A stretch of DNA of 32,000 bases from Thermoproteus tenax Kra 1 (GTDB lineage: Archaea; Thermoproteota; Thermoprotei; Thermoproteales; Thermoproteaceae). Each line of letters begins with the position of its first letter. Position 1 is the first letter of the stretch. The DNA lies in NCBI RefSeq assembly GCF_000253055.1, contig NC_016070.1, forward strand, positions 690,001 through 722,000. The letters run 5' to 3'. The translations under genes were made by a program, and so were the position numbers. Of the stretch, positions 9,960-17,999 are shown piece after piece. The notes beneath the pieces are model-generated. The model saw nothing but the letters and a program-made list of their open reading frames with translations, had not been told where the DNA came from and searched no databases.

Positions 9960-11218
9960 TAGCGCAGTATTCTGGAGAGCTCCACCTCTGTCTCAGTGCG
10001 TCTATACATATCTCTTATTTTAACGACGCCCTTTTCGATCTCCTTTTTGCCTATTATCACAAAGAACTTGACCGCCGTCTTGGCAGCATGTTCTAGGGCC
10101 TCCTTTAGAGAGAGTTCGCCGAGATCCACTGCCACAGAGGCGCCCTTCTCTCTGAGCATGCTAGCCAATTTGACTGCAACTTTGTATGCCTCGTCCGTCA
10201 TCGGGTAGATATAATAGTCCAACGGAGGCCTCGACCCTCCTATGTTCAACGCCTCCATTAGTCTCTCTACGCCTATGGCGAACCCCAACGCCGGTGTCTT
10301 TATCCCGCTGAACAGCTCTATGAGGTTGTCGTATCTGCCTCCGCCTCCCACGGCCAACTTGTACTCGCCTACGAATGCCTCGAACACAGTGCCCGTATAG
10401 TAGTCAAGGCCTCTCACTATAGCGAGATCCAACTTCATTTTGTCTAATACGTCATAGGGCTCAAGCGCCTTGATGATCTCTGCGTATTTGCCCCCAAGTC
10501 TCTCATCGTATTTTGAGAAAAATTCCGCCGACTCGCCCATGGGCAACGGCTCAGAGACGAGCTCCAACAGTTTCTCGGCCTTTTCGTCCTCCAAGCCGGC
10601 CTTCTTCAGCAGAGCTTTAAGCTCCTCCTCAGGTACCTTGCCCTTTTTGTCAAGTATGCGGAGCACCTCTTCTCTGGCCGCTATGCCCATAGTCTCTAAG
10701 ATCTTATCCATGCCGACGCGGTCGTTGAGTCTAATCTCGTAGCTCCTGGCGCCTGCGGCCTCAAGCGCTTTGGACATGAGGGCGATTACCTCAGCGTCAG
10801 CGCGAGGGCTCTCAGAACCGACCAACTCCACGCCAAACTGATAGAACTCTCTATATCTGCCGTGTTGAGGCTCGTCATATCGCCAGACCTTAGTAAAGTA
10901 GTACCATCGCACCGGCTTCGGCTCCTCCAACTTGTACGACAGTACCCTCGCCACAGGCACAGTCATATCGAAACGTAGCCCGACCTCGCGCCCGGCCTTG
11001 TCTCTGAAGTAGTATATCTCGTTGACTATCTCGCGCCCGGCCTTCCTCGACAAAACCTCGAAGTGTTCGACGGCGGGCGTCTCAATGCGCCTATAGCCGA
11101 AGCTCTCGGCTAAAGCTGAGAGCAGCTCCTCCATCCTCTTCAGAGGATAGAAGTCGTCTGGCGCCAGATCGCGCATACCGCGCACCGGCTTTCTCAAGAA
11201 GTCCTCGAGGCCCGGCAT
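9956..11218 (-). CDS. hisS: Histidyl-tRNA synthetase
   Basis: GMRDLAPDD, RFDMTVPVAR, QFGVELVGS, LAIVRGLDYYTGTVFE, GGGGRYDNLI, GFAIGVERL. Confidence 0.95.
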   Translation of the reverse strand: MPGLEDFLRKPVRGMRDLAPDDFYPLKRMEELLSALAESFGYRRIETPAVEHFEVLSRKAGREIVNEIYYFRDKAGREVGLRFDMTVPVARVLSYKLEEPKPVRWYYFTKVWRYDEPQHGRYREFYQFGVELVGSESPRADAEVIALMSKALEAAGARSYEIRLNDRVGMDKILETMGIAAREEVLRILDKKGKVPEEELKALLKKAGLEDEKAEKLLELVSEPLPMGESAEFFSKYDERLGGKYAEIIKALEPYDVLDKMKLDLAIVRGLDYYTGTVFEAFVGEYKLAVGGGGRYDNLIELFSGIKTPALGFAIGVERLMEALNIGGSRPPLDYYIYPMTDEAYKVAVKLASMLREKGASVAVDLGELSLKEALEHAAKTAVKFFVIIGKKEIEKGVVKIRDMYRRTETEVELSRILRY

Positions 11219-12318
11219 TATAGCACAGACCTTGTCAACTTCTCTACGCTTATGTTTATCCCGTTCTGTTTCAAGAAGGCCAGTATCCTCGGCATAAGTT
11301 TATTGCTCATCCCGATAACCTCTGGTGGAGTGACGCCAGGCGGTAGATCCTTAATGACCGAAACTAAAGATATCGCAGTCAGCCCAGTCGCCCTCTGCAT
11401 CGCGGACCAACCGCCGGAGGGCTCCACGAGGGTCTCGAAAGTTACGCGCTCGCCTTCAGCCTCGCCCGTGATCCTCATATAAACCACGTCGGGGACATCG
11501 TATTTAAGTCTCCCCAACAATGCCGCTAAGATCTGCTTTGGTCTAACGCCCTCGATGGGCTCATCGGACATGAGCCCAAGATCCCTCAACAGTTTTATCT
11601 TCTCCAAATGTCCAGGCCATCTAAGCGTCTTCTCAAATATATTCGACACTTTTATAGTCGCCAATAAGGTTCTCAGCCCGTCTGTATAAAACGCTTCCAT
11701 CTCCCCCAGTGGCGTTTTAACCGTCTCTACATCAGATAGAGGATCCACCGATTCTATTCTCCCATTGCGGACTACTCTGGCGGGCCTGGTATATTCCTCT
11801 ATAAGGTCGTGTGGGCTCCACGTAATGGAGTAGCCAAGGGGGCCGACCGGGACTTTCGGCACGCCGCCTACATAGATCTTGACAGAGCTTAATTGTTTGA
11901 CTTCGGATATCATCCGTCCAACTAACATATTCGAGAGGCCGGGCGCCACGCCCGCGTCAGGCACGTAGCGGGCGCCTGTCCTCTCAGCGACTTTACCCAG
12001 AGCGAGGGGGTCCTCGGGCATATAGGATACGTCTATAACATCGAGACCCCTCTCCAAAAGGTACGATGCTACATTATAGGCCACTGAGCCGGGCAAAGCG
12101 CTTATCGCCAGATCTATGCTGCCCAGCGGCACAGACCCCACGTCGCCCTTTATTATGCCCGGACAGTCCCCGCCTCTGACGTCCACGGTGACGACCTCAT
12201 GCCCTTTCTCGGCTAGCGTTGCAGAGATAAACTTGCCGATATTGCCGCAACCTACTATCAAGGTCTTCATCGTATCACAGCTTTTAATAGTAAAAATATC
12301 TGTTGCCCTTTCAACCAT
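11218..12318 (-). CDS. Saccharopine dehydrogenase-like NAD(P)-binding oxidoreductase
   Basis: Rossmann TLIVGCGNIGKFISATLAEKGHEV; VIDVSYMPEDPLAL; PDAGVAPGLSNML. The real start is probably at MKTLIVG (near 12270). Confidence 0.8.
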   Translation of the reverse strand: MVERATDIFTIKSCDTMKTLIVGCGNIGKFISATLAEKGHEVVTVDVRGGDCPGIIKGDVGSVPLGSIDLAISALPGSVAYNVASYLLERGLDVIDVSYMPEDPLALGKVAERTGARYVPDAGVAPGLSNMLVGRMISEVKQLSSVKIYVGGVPKVPVGPLGYSITWSPHDLIEEYTRPARVVRNGRIESVDPLSDVETVKTPLGEMEAFYTDGLRTLLATIKVSNIFEKTLRWPGHLEKIKLLRDLGLMSDEPIEGVRPKQILAALLGRLKYDVPDVVYMRITGEAEGERVTFETLVEPSGGWSAMQRATGLTAISLVSVIKDLPPGVTPPEVIGMSNKLMPRILAFLKQNGINISVEKLTRSVL

Positions 12319-12443
12319 TTAAGCAGAACAATCGCATCTGGGGGGAGCTCTTGGCTTACTTGCTCTGAGGGGCGAGGCCTTCGGTTGTAACCGCCTAAGC
12401 ACAAACGGTAGAAACCTCCATATACTCCTTCGAACTCAGTATT

Positions 12444-13379
12444 GTGCTCAACTATATAGAGGTGGAATATCTGGGCAAAAGGATTGCGGCAGAGCTTACG
12501 CCAATTACTTTTCTCACCGGCAATGGAAAAAGTTTTTTAATATATGAAATTATTAATACTATTAAAAATATTGGTTATAAAATACCAAAAATATCATATA
12601 AAAACTTTAAGATAGTGTTGAGAATCAAGGATATGACGTACGCCCTACAGAGGGCCGGGCCTATATATAGGCAGACCCTCGAAAGAGGGAAAGATCGCGT
12701 TATCTTTGAATATGGCACGATAAACGGTGTACGCATAAGCAGACTTATAGAGCCTTCCGAGATGTCTGTGAAAAGCGCCGACGTGATTATGCCGTTCGTA
12801 GAGGTGACGGAGCACGTAGCGATACTTGCAGATGAGGAGATAGAGCGGCTGAATAAACTTATCGGAGAGTTCAGAAAGGCCTTCTCCCTGAGGGCGTTGC
12901 TCATAGGGCCCTTCGTGAGCCCACGCACGTTCTATCGTCCATCAGAGGGCAAGACCGAGCTCAGGCCGGACGGCAGCAACTTGGTCGGCGTATTGTCGAT
13001 GTTGGCATATAAGAGTCCCGACGACTTTGAGAGATTGAGATCTATGTTCAAGAAAATCGGAGTCAAGCTCGCCGTAGGCTTAACTAACAAGAACATTCTG
13101 GGAGGTGCGGTTTACATCCAAGGAGTCAGGCTACCTCTGTCCAAATTGCCCTGTAGTCTCAAAATGGCGCTGACTATAGGCGCGGCCGTCGCGTCTAGAC
13201 CAGATATCTTGGCCGTCGATAACTTAGATTATTGTTTCAACGAGAACGTAGCCTCTGTCTTGGCCGCGTTCCTCGAGGAGCAAGCCTCAAGGGGACAGGT
13301 CATAGCCGAAGTCCACAATCCGGCCATCGTAGAGCACTTCAAGGCCCAATATAAATCGGTGGTCTCAGTGTCGTTATAG
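12444..13379 (+). CDS. Divergent AAA/SMC-RecF-like ATPase, probably atypical nucleotide site
   Basis: ITFLTGNGKSFL (shortened Walker A), LPLSKLPCSLKMALTIG (signature-like), DILAVDNLDYCF (Walker B with N in place of E), VIAEVHNPAIVEHF (H-switch-like). Confidence 0.7.
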   Translation: MLNYIEVEYLGKRIAAELTPITFLTGNGKSFLIYEIINTIKNIGYKIPKISYKNFKIVLRIKDMTYALQRAGPIYRQTLERGKDRVIFEYGTINGVRISRLIEPSEMSVKSADVIMPFVEVTEHVAILADEEIERLNKLIGEFRKAFSLRALLIGPFVSPRTFYRPSEGKTELRPDGSNLVGVLSMLAYKSPDDFERLRSMFKKIGVKLAVGLTNKNILGGAVYIQGVRLPLSKLPCSLKMALTIGAAVASRPDILAVDNLDYCFNENVASVLAAFLEEQASRGQVIAEVHNPAIVEHFKAQYKSVVSVSL

Positions 13380-13382
13380 TTA

Positions 13383-13620
13383 TAACCCGTCTCGCTGCGG
13401 CCTCACCCGTTGCCCCCCCCCTCGGGGTTGATCCGTTCGACGTCGGGCAGTACGCCTCTATCCTGCGCCGCCGTGGGGAGGGGCCTCAGGCGGACAGCCC
13501 GGGCGGAGGGCACTGCGGCGTCCCCCCGCCGGGGCCGTCTTGCGCTTGGGTTCGCCCCCGCGCGGCGCCCGCCCTTGCCCCTCCCCCTCTGCGTCTTCAC
13601 CAGCTCTGCCATGAAAAAGT
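13383..13620. other. GC-rich non-coding island with long-range inverted repeats
   Basis: C9 run at 13413-13421; perfect 10-bp inverted repeat ggggaggggc (13475-13484)/gcccctcccc (13577-13586). Translations in either strand are low-complexity Arg/Pro/Gly. Confidence 0.5.
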
Positions 13621-13810
13621 AGATTAAATCTACCCCTAGGGGGTAGGGCTTGTTGTTTGCGCTACCAGCCCCTCTATGCGTTGGGTTGGGCGAGGTGGCC
13701 CCGTCGGCTGTAGCCCAGCTGGGTTATAGACGCCGAAAGGCCGCCGGCCAGAAGCCGCCTCTGGAAGAACGACGGGCTCAAAAAACGAAGGGGAGTTGAA
13801 AATGGAAATG

Positions 13811-13971
13811 TTTTCTCGGCGGGTTCATTGCAGGTTTTTCACTGCAAAGCGCGCCGAAAATCGGGAAGCTTACTTCAGGAATTTTCAGCGGTTACGCCGA
13901 GACCTCACGAAAATTCCTGAAGTAGACTCGCTGAAAATAAGCGTTCCGTGCAGGAAGAAACCTGAAAAGCG
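13811..13971. repeat. Nested inverted repeats with competing pairings, possible ncRNA or MITE-like element
   Basis: 16-bp perfect inverted repeat 13871-13886/13909-13924; hairpin ttgcag/ctgcaa (13828-13833/13842-13847) inside ttttc..ggcg/cgccgaaaa (13811-13821/13852-13860); ttttcagcg (13882-13890)/cgctgaaaa (13929-13937). Confidence 0.65.
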
Positions 13972-14007
13972 TTGTGCGGTGGACTATATTTCACTATAAT
14001 TTCGTAG

Positions 14008-14364
14008 TCAGAGAGGCTGGGCGCCGCAATCGCCGTCGAAAATCTGCCGAGGGAAGCGCCGAAGAACATGATATCGAGAATAGACGGCCCAGTGCTTAGG
14101 GACAGAATATACCGAGTCGGCTTCGGAGGCATGCTGAGGGAGATTGTACGGAAGGCGAGGGAGAGGGGGATACCGATGATAAGGGTCAATCCCAAGGGCA
14201 CCTCCTCCTCTGCCCGCGGTGCGGGCTTGTGAGGGGCCCTGCCCCGAGGCTCCACCTCTGCCCCCGCTGCGGGTGAGTGGGGGAGGGGGCGTCGTTGCCG
14301 TTATAAACATTGAGGGGCGCGCCCTGGAGGGAGCCAAGCGCCGTCCGGCCCCATGTCCGCGCCT
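14008..14364 (+). pseudogene. tnpB: Decayed TnpB (IS200/IS605-type accessory nuclease/transposase), C-terminal RuvC plus zinc-ribbon remnant
   Basis: Frame 1 (14008-14232): SERLGAAIAVENLPREAPKNMISRIDGPVLRDRIYRVGFGGMLREIVRKARERGIPMIRVNPKGTSS. Frame 2 (14211-14276): CPRCGLVRGPAPRLHLCPRCG*. Frame 3 (from 14293): VVAVINIEGRALEGAKRRP. The order matches the TnpB C-terminus. Confidence 0.82.
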
Positions 14365-14399
14365 GAGGTATCCTGGATGCCGATGAAGGCGTGGGCGAG

Positions 14400-14435
14400 G
14401 AGAAAGTCCGCCCTTTAGGGCGGGGAGCGCGGTCA
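14400..14435 (+). mobile_element. Right-end/omegaRNA-like hairpin of an IS605-type TnpB element
   Basis: gagaaagtCCGCCCtttaGGGCGGggagcgcggtca: 6-bp perfect stem (14408-14413/14418-14423), just 3' of the TnpB remnant. Confidence 0.65.
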
Positions 14436-14605
14436 TGATATCGGCTCTCCCAGAGGGGGTGCGCACCTTGAGCCGCATTGGGCAGTCCAGGCGCGCGGAG
14501 ACTGGCCTCGTGCAGGCAGACGAACTCGACAGAGCGCGACGGATTGCCGGGCTCCAAGTCCTGACTTAGTTGTAGGGAGGATTAACAAAGAAAGGTAAAC
14601 GTAAA

Positions 14606-14812
14606 CTATACGTATACTTCAATATCTTTCAAGATCTCGATAACTTTCTGAAGTTGTTCGATCTCCTTGGAGGCTAATCTCAAGGCCTCCTCAAGGATCT
14701 CCTTGGAAGGCCCCCCTACCTCGAACTCGTATATTACATAGTTCAGGATAGAGCGGGCGCTGAGACCCTCAACGCCTTTGCTCTTTTGTCTCAATATTTC
14801 GAGCACGTTCAT
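14606..14812 (-). CDS. Small hypothetical protein, 68 aa
   Basis: Helical, charged sequence (KEILEEALRLASKEIEQLQKVIEILKDIEVYV); just downstream of the COG1325-like gene on the same strand. Confidence 0.5.
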   Translation of the reverse strand: MNVLEILRQKSKGVEGLSARSILNYVIYEFEVGGPSKEILEEALRLASKEIEQLQKVIEILKDIEVYV

Positions 14813-15203
14813 ATTCCCTGTTTAACAAATCTATAAAAGCATTGAAATGATTCTTTGGAACTCTGACCTCCACTATTACTACGTCATCGCCTGTATCGAA
14901 CCTCAATACGCCCATAAACGCCTTCTGTTTATTAAATCTCATATATATTTTATTTTTAAAGATGTTTAAACTATTTTTAAATATAGAAAGTTCAATATAG
15001 TCTAGATTTTTTAATATTTTTAAAAATAAATCATATGCTTGACATCCCTCAACCTCGGAGGACAGTAGCTTGATCTCGTTTCCGTGATACCCTCTCATGG
15101 TCTCTGTGGATATAGGTCCCGGCATAACGACGCTCACGGCGCGAGCTACTTTGTTGCAATCCTCTGTGGCGTGGCAGTAGGCTCTGGCGCTTATGCGCGT
15201 CAC
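14769..15203 (-). CDS. Predicted exosome-associated/RNA-binding protein (COG1325-like)
   Basis: ARAYCHATEDCNKVARAV..GYHGNEI..YMRFNKQKAFMG. Leaderless GTG start at 15203 preferred over the listed 15263, which would overlap psmA. Confidence 0.75.
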   Translation of the reverse strand: MTRISARAYCHATEDCNKVARAVSVVMPGPISTETMRGYHGNEIKLLSSEVEGCQAYDLFLKILKNLDYIELSIFKNSLNIFKNKIYMRFNKQKAFMGVLRFDTGDDVVIVEVRVPKNHFNAFIDLLNREYERARNIETKEQRR

Positions 15204-15230
15204 AATACAGCTCACGCAATACTGTAGATC

Positions 15231-15240
15231 AATATTTAAA
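15231..15240. promoter_or_regulatory. Shared bidirectional TATA-like element (COG1325-like/psmA)
   Basis: aatatttaaa, with GTG 15203 on the minus side and ATG 15262 on the plus side at about leaderless distances. Confidence 0.6.
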
Positions 15241-15261
15241 TTGGAGATGATAGGCCTCTCC

Positions 15262-15981
15262 ATGTTCCCGCCTTCAATGGCAGGCTACGACAGGGCGATA
15301 ACGATATTCTCGCCCGAGGGCAAACTGTACCAAGTGGAGTACGCCGGAGAGGCCGTAAAGAGAGGTTGGCCAACAGTCGGCGTTAAGTGTTCGTCCGGCG
15401 TCGTTCTAGCCGCTGAGAAGCGCAAGATATCTCAGCTGTTCGATCCGTCCTCGCTCGAGAAGATATATATAATAGATGACCATGCTGCCATATCGCCGTC
15501 GGGTCTGTTGGCAGACGCAAGAGTTCTAGTAGACTATGCGAGGTCTGTGGCCATGACCCACAGATTCCTCTACGATGAGCCTATAGATATAGAGCTTTTG
15601 ACCAAGGATATCTGCAACCTGAAGCAACAGTATACTCAATTCGGCGGGGCTAGACCATTCGGCGTAGCGCTCCTGATAGCAGGAGTCGACAAACAGGGGG
15701 CCCGGCTGTTCCAGACAGATCCAGGCGGAGTCTACCTAGGCTATTATGCCACTGCGATTGGTGCCGAGTCCACATCGATAATAGAATTCCTAGAGAAGAA
15801 CTATAAATACGACATAGATATCCAACAATGTATAGAGTTGGCGCTTAGGGCGTTGAGCACCGCCATGGAGTCCGTAGATGCGGACAGGATCGAGGTCGCC
15901 TTCGGAGACATACAGACAAAGACTATGAAGAAGATGACAAAGGAAGAATTAAGCAAATATTTAGAAAAAATTAAAAAATAA
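15262..15981 (+). CDS. psmA: Proteasome alpha subunit
   Basis: MAGYDRAITIFSPEGKLYQVEYAGEAVKRGWPTVGVK. Start 15262 or 15277 preferred over the listed 15193; TATA-like aatatttaaa at 15231-15240. Confidence 0.96.
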   Translation: MFPPSMAGYDRAITIFSPEGKLYQVEYAGEAVKRGWPTVGVKCSSGVVLAAEKRKISQLFDPSSLEKIYIIDDHAAISPSGLLADARVLVDYARSVAMTHRFLYDEPIDIELLTKDICNLKQQYTQFGGARPFGVALLIAGVDKQGARLFQTDPGGVYLGYYATAIGAESTSIIEFLEKNYKYDIDIQQCIELALRALSTAMESVDADRIEVAFGDIQTKTMKKMTKEELSKYLEKIKK

Positions 15982-16038
15982 AATTAATTTAAATATATAA
16001 AAATTAACTTAAAGATAATCTATTACTATCGATAACAC

Positions 16039-16126
16039 GGGAGGAGCTTGCTCCCACGGCTTGACTCCTCGGAAGAGCCAAGCGAGGAGCCCTAGTCTCC
16101 AAGCCAGAGATCTCGCGCGAGCGAGA
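16039..16126 (+). other. Three consecutive GC-rich hairpins in an AT-rich intergenic region, candidate ncRNA
   Basis: ggagcttgctcc; ctcctcg(gaagagccaag)cgaggag; tctcgc(gcga)gcgaga with a GNRA-type loop. AT-rich TATA-like sequence lies upstream at 15984-16010. Confidence 0.45.
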
Positions 16127-16155
16127 AGTATTTAAGCTTAGGCGAAGAGGGCGCC

Positions 16156-16464
16156 GTGAGCATATATGTGGCGTCAAGCGGTAAAACAACCCTAGAGTGT
16201 GACATGGCCTATAGCAACTTCAGCGAGGGTGGGCGCCACTACGTTCCGTGCATCATAAGAGGTCCTGTGGATCTTGGCTGTCTGGCGAGAAGCTTGGGCA
16301 TAATTGAGGGCGACTGTATAAGTACAGAGATATACAAGATATGTCGTGAGGGGGATCACCTCTATATGACTATAGATGTAGAGAAGGCGTTCTCCTTAGG
16401 CAAGACGCCCGGAGAAATTGCTAAGTACATTTTAATAATTTCTGATATTTGTTCAAATAAATAA
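16156..16464 (+). CDS. Hypothetical protein between psmA and SBDS
   Basis: GTG start with TATA-like tatttaag at 16129-16136; 102 aa; no family recognised. Confidence 0.6.
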   Translation: MSIYVASSGKTTLECDMAYSNFSEGGRHYVPCIIRGPVDLGCLARSLGIIEGDCISTEIYKICREGDHLYMTIDVEKAFSLGKTPGEIAKYILIISDICSNK

Positions 16465-16589
16465 ATCTATTTATTAAAAATATTATTAAATTTATAGTAA
16501 TAATAATTATATTTAAAGAGATATATAATGTCGTAAGAAGCCATGAGGCGAATTCTAAAAACTAAATAAATCCTAGGTAGGATTAAGCC

Positions 16590-17288
16590 ATGACTAATAA
16601 AGTCGCTATCGCAAAGCTTGATCGAGGCGGTGAACACTTCGAGATATTGATAGATCCTGATGCAGCGTTAGAACTGAAGACCGGCAAGAGCATAGGCTTA
16701 GATAAGGTATTGGTACACGAGGAAATATACAAGGATGCGCGGAAAGGGCTAAGAGCATCGGAGCAGAGCTTGAAGAAAGTATTCGGGACCACCGATGTGC
16801 GCAAGATAGCTGAGATAATAATTAAGGAGGGCGAGATACCGATAACGGCCGAGCAAAGGCGCAGAATGATAGAGGAGAAGCGCAAACAGATAGTCGAATG
16901 GATCTCAAGGAACTGTATAGATGTGCGCACCAAAACGCCCGTGCCTCCGCAACGCGTTGAGAACGCATTGGAGCAGGTGCGCGCCGCCATAGATCCTTTC
17001 AAGCCCGTTGAGGAGCAGATACAGCATATACTCAAAGATCTACAGAGGGTGCTCCCGATAAAGGTCGCCACAGTGAGAATTGCCTTGAGCATACCTGCGG
17101 CGTATGTGCAGAAGGTGAGAGGCCTCATGAGCAAATCCGCCAAAGTGGTCAACGAGAGGTTTAGGTCTGACGGATCTTGGGAGGCCACCGTAGAGGCGCC
17201 GGCCGGTCTACAAGATATGTTGATAGGAAGAGTCAACGATATAACGCACGGAGAAGGCGACGTAAAAATACTAGAGATTATATATTAA
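16590..17288 (+). CDS. Ribosome maturation protein SBDS/Sdo1
   Basis: VAIAKLDRGGEHFEILIDPDAAL...LKKVFGTTDVRKIAEIIIKEGEIPITAEQRR. Confidence 0.95.
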   Translation: MTNKVAIAKLDRGGEHFEILIDPDAALELKTGKSIGLDKVLVHEEIYKDARKGLRASEQSLKKVFGTTDVRKIAEIIIKEGEIPITAEQRRRMIEEKRKQIVEWISRNCIDVRTKTPVPPQRVENALEQVRAAIDPFKPVEEQIQHILKDLQRVLPIKVATVRIALSIPAAYVQKVRGLMSKSAKVVNERFRSDGSWEATVEAPAGLQDMLIGRVNDITHGEGDVKILEIIY

Positions 17289-17999
17289 ATGAAATTCGTA
17301 GCGCCTAGACAAATAATATTTCCTGGAGATCTAGTAGCCTCAGAGGACGAGAACGTCGAGGGCGCTGTATATCTAGACAACGGCAAATACAGAGCATCTT
17401 CAGTTGGGCTGGTGGAGTTCAGAGAGAATAAGATAGTCATAGTGCCTCTGGAGGGCGTATATAGGCCTAAACAAGGCGACATCGTTATAGGCTATATTAC
17501 GGACGTCTTGGCATCGGGCTGGGAGGTCGACATAAGAGCGCCCTTCCCTGCGTGGCTCCCGCTCAATGAGGCAGTCACTAAATATATAGACTTGGAGCGC
17601 ATCGCGTTGACGAGCCTGTTGAACATCGGCGATGTAGTGATAGCGCAAGTTAAGGACATAGACCTAACCGACGAATATCCGGTGACATTGACTCTGAGAG
17701 AGGGCGAGAGGCTGGGCAAGATAGAGAGCGGATTCATCGCAGAGATATCGCCGGTCAAAGTGCCCAGAGTAATAGGCAAAAAGGGTAGCATGTTGGCCAC
17801 GATCTCGGAGCTCGGATGCGAGCTCACGATAGGCCAGAACGGGAGAATCTGGGCAAAATGCCGCGACACTGAGGCAGAGCTGGCCCTATTGAAGGTGCTA
17901 GCTAAGATCGAGAGAGAAAGCCATGTGGCGGGATTGACCGACAGAGTTAAGGCCTTTATTGAAAGCCTTAAAAATAGCTCAAAGGGAGGCTCACTATGA
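17289..17999 (+). CDS. rrp4: Exosome complex RNA-binding protein Rrp4
   Basis: N-terminal PGDL, S1-like [21 protein letters not shown]-like [19 protein letters not shown]. Confidence 0.95.
   Translation: MKFVAPRQIIFPGDLVASEDENVEGAVYLDNGKYRASSVGLVEFRENKIVIVPLEGVYRPKQGDIVIGYITDVLASGWEVDIRAPFPAWLPLNEAVTKYIDLERIALTSLLNIGDVVIAQVKDIDLTDEYPVTLTLREGERLGKIESGFIAEISPVKVPRVIGKKGSMLATISELGCELTIGQNGRIWAKCRDTEAELALLKVLAKIERESHVAGLTDRVKAFIESLKNSSKGGSL

Noticed and set aside
13466-13560. SRP RNA or RNase P RNA in the GC island
   Set aside because: No GGAAG/GNAR helix 8 signature and no conserved RNase P boxes that I could recognise; kept only as a test to run.
13403-13622. Two ORFs (69 aa - and 70 aa +) in the GC island
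   Set aside because: Both are compositionally biased with no recognisable motif and mutually antisense; treated as non-coding.
13701-13760. tRNA-like string gtagcccagctgggttatagacgcc
   Set aside because: No matching T-arm (GTTCRA), acceptor complement or credible anticodon arm found by eye, so not annotated as tRNA.
13796-13999. 67-aa ORF over the inverted repeats
   Set aside because: The sequence is dominated by the nested palindromes, which better explain it; no family motif.
13905-14557. Antisense and overlapping ORFs of 116-156 aa over the TnpB relic (13905..14255 -, 14008..14478 -, 14186..14557 -)
   Set aside because: They are low-complexity Arg/Pro/Ser translations of GC-rich DNA. 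The + strand pieces spell ordered TnpB motifs instead.
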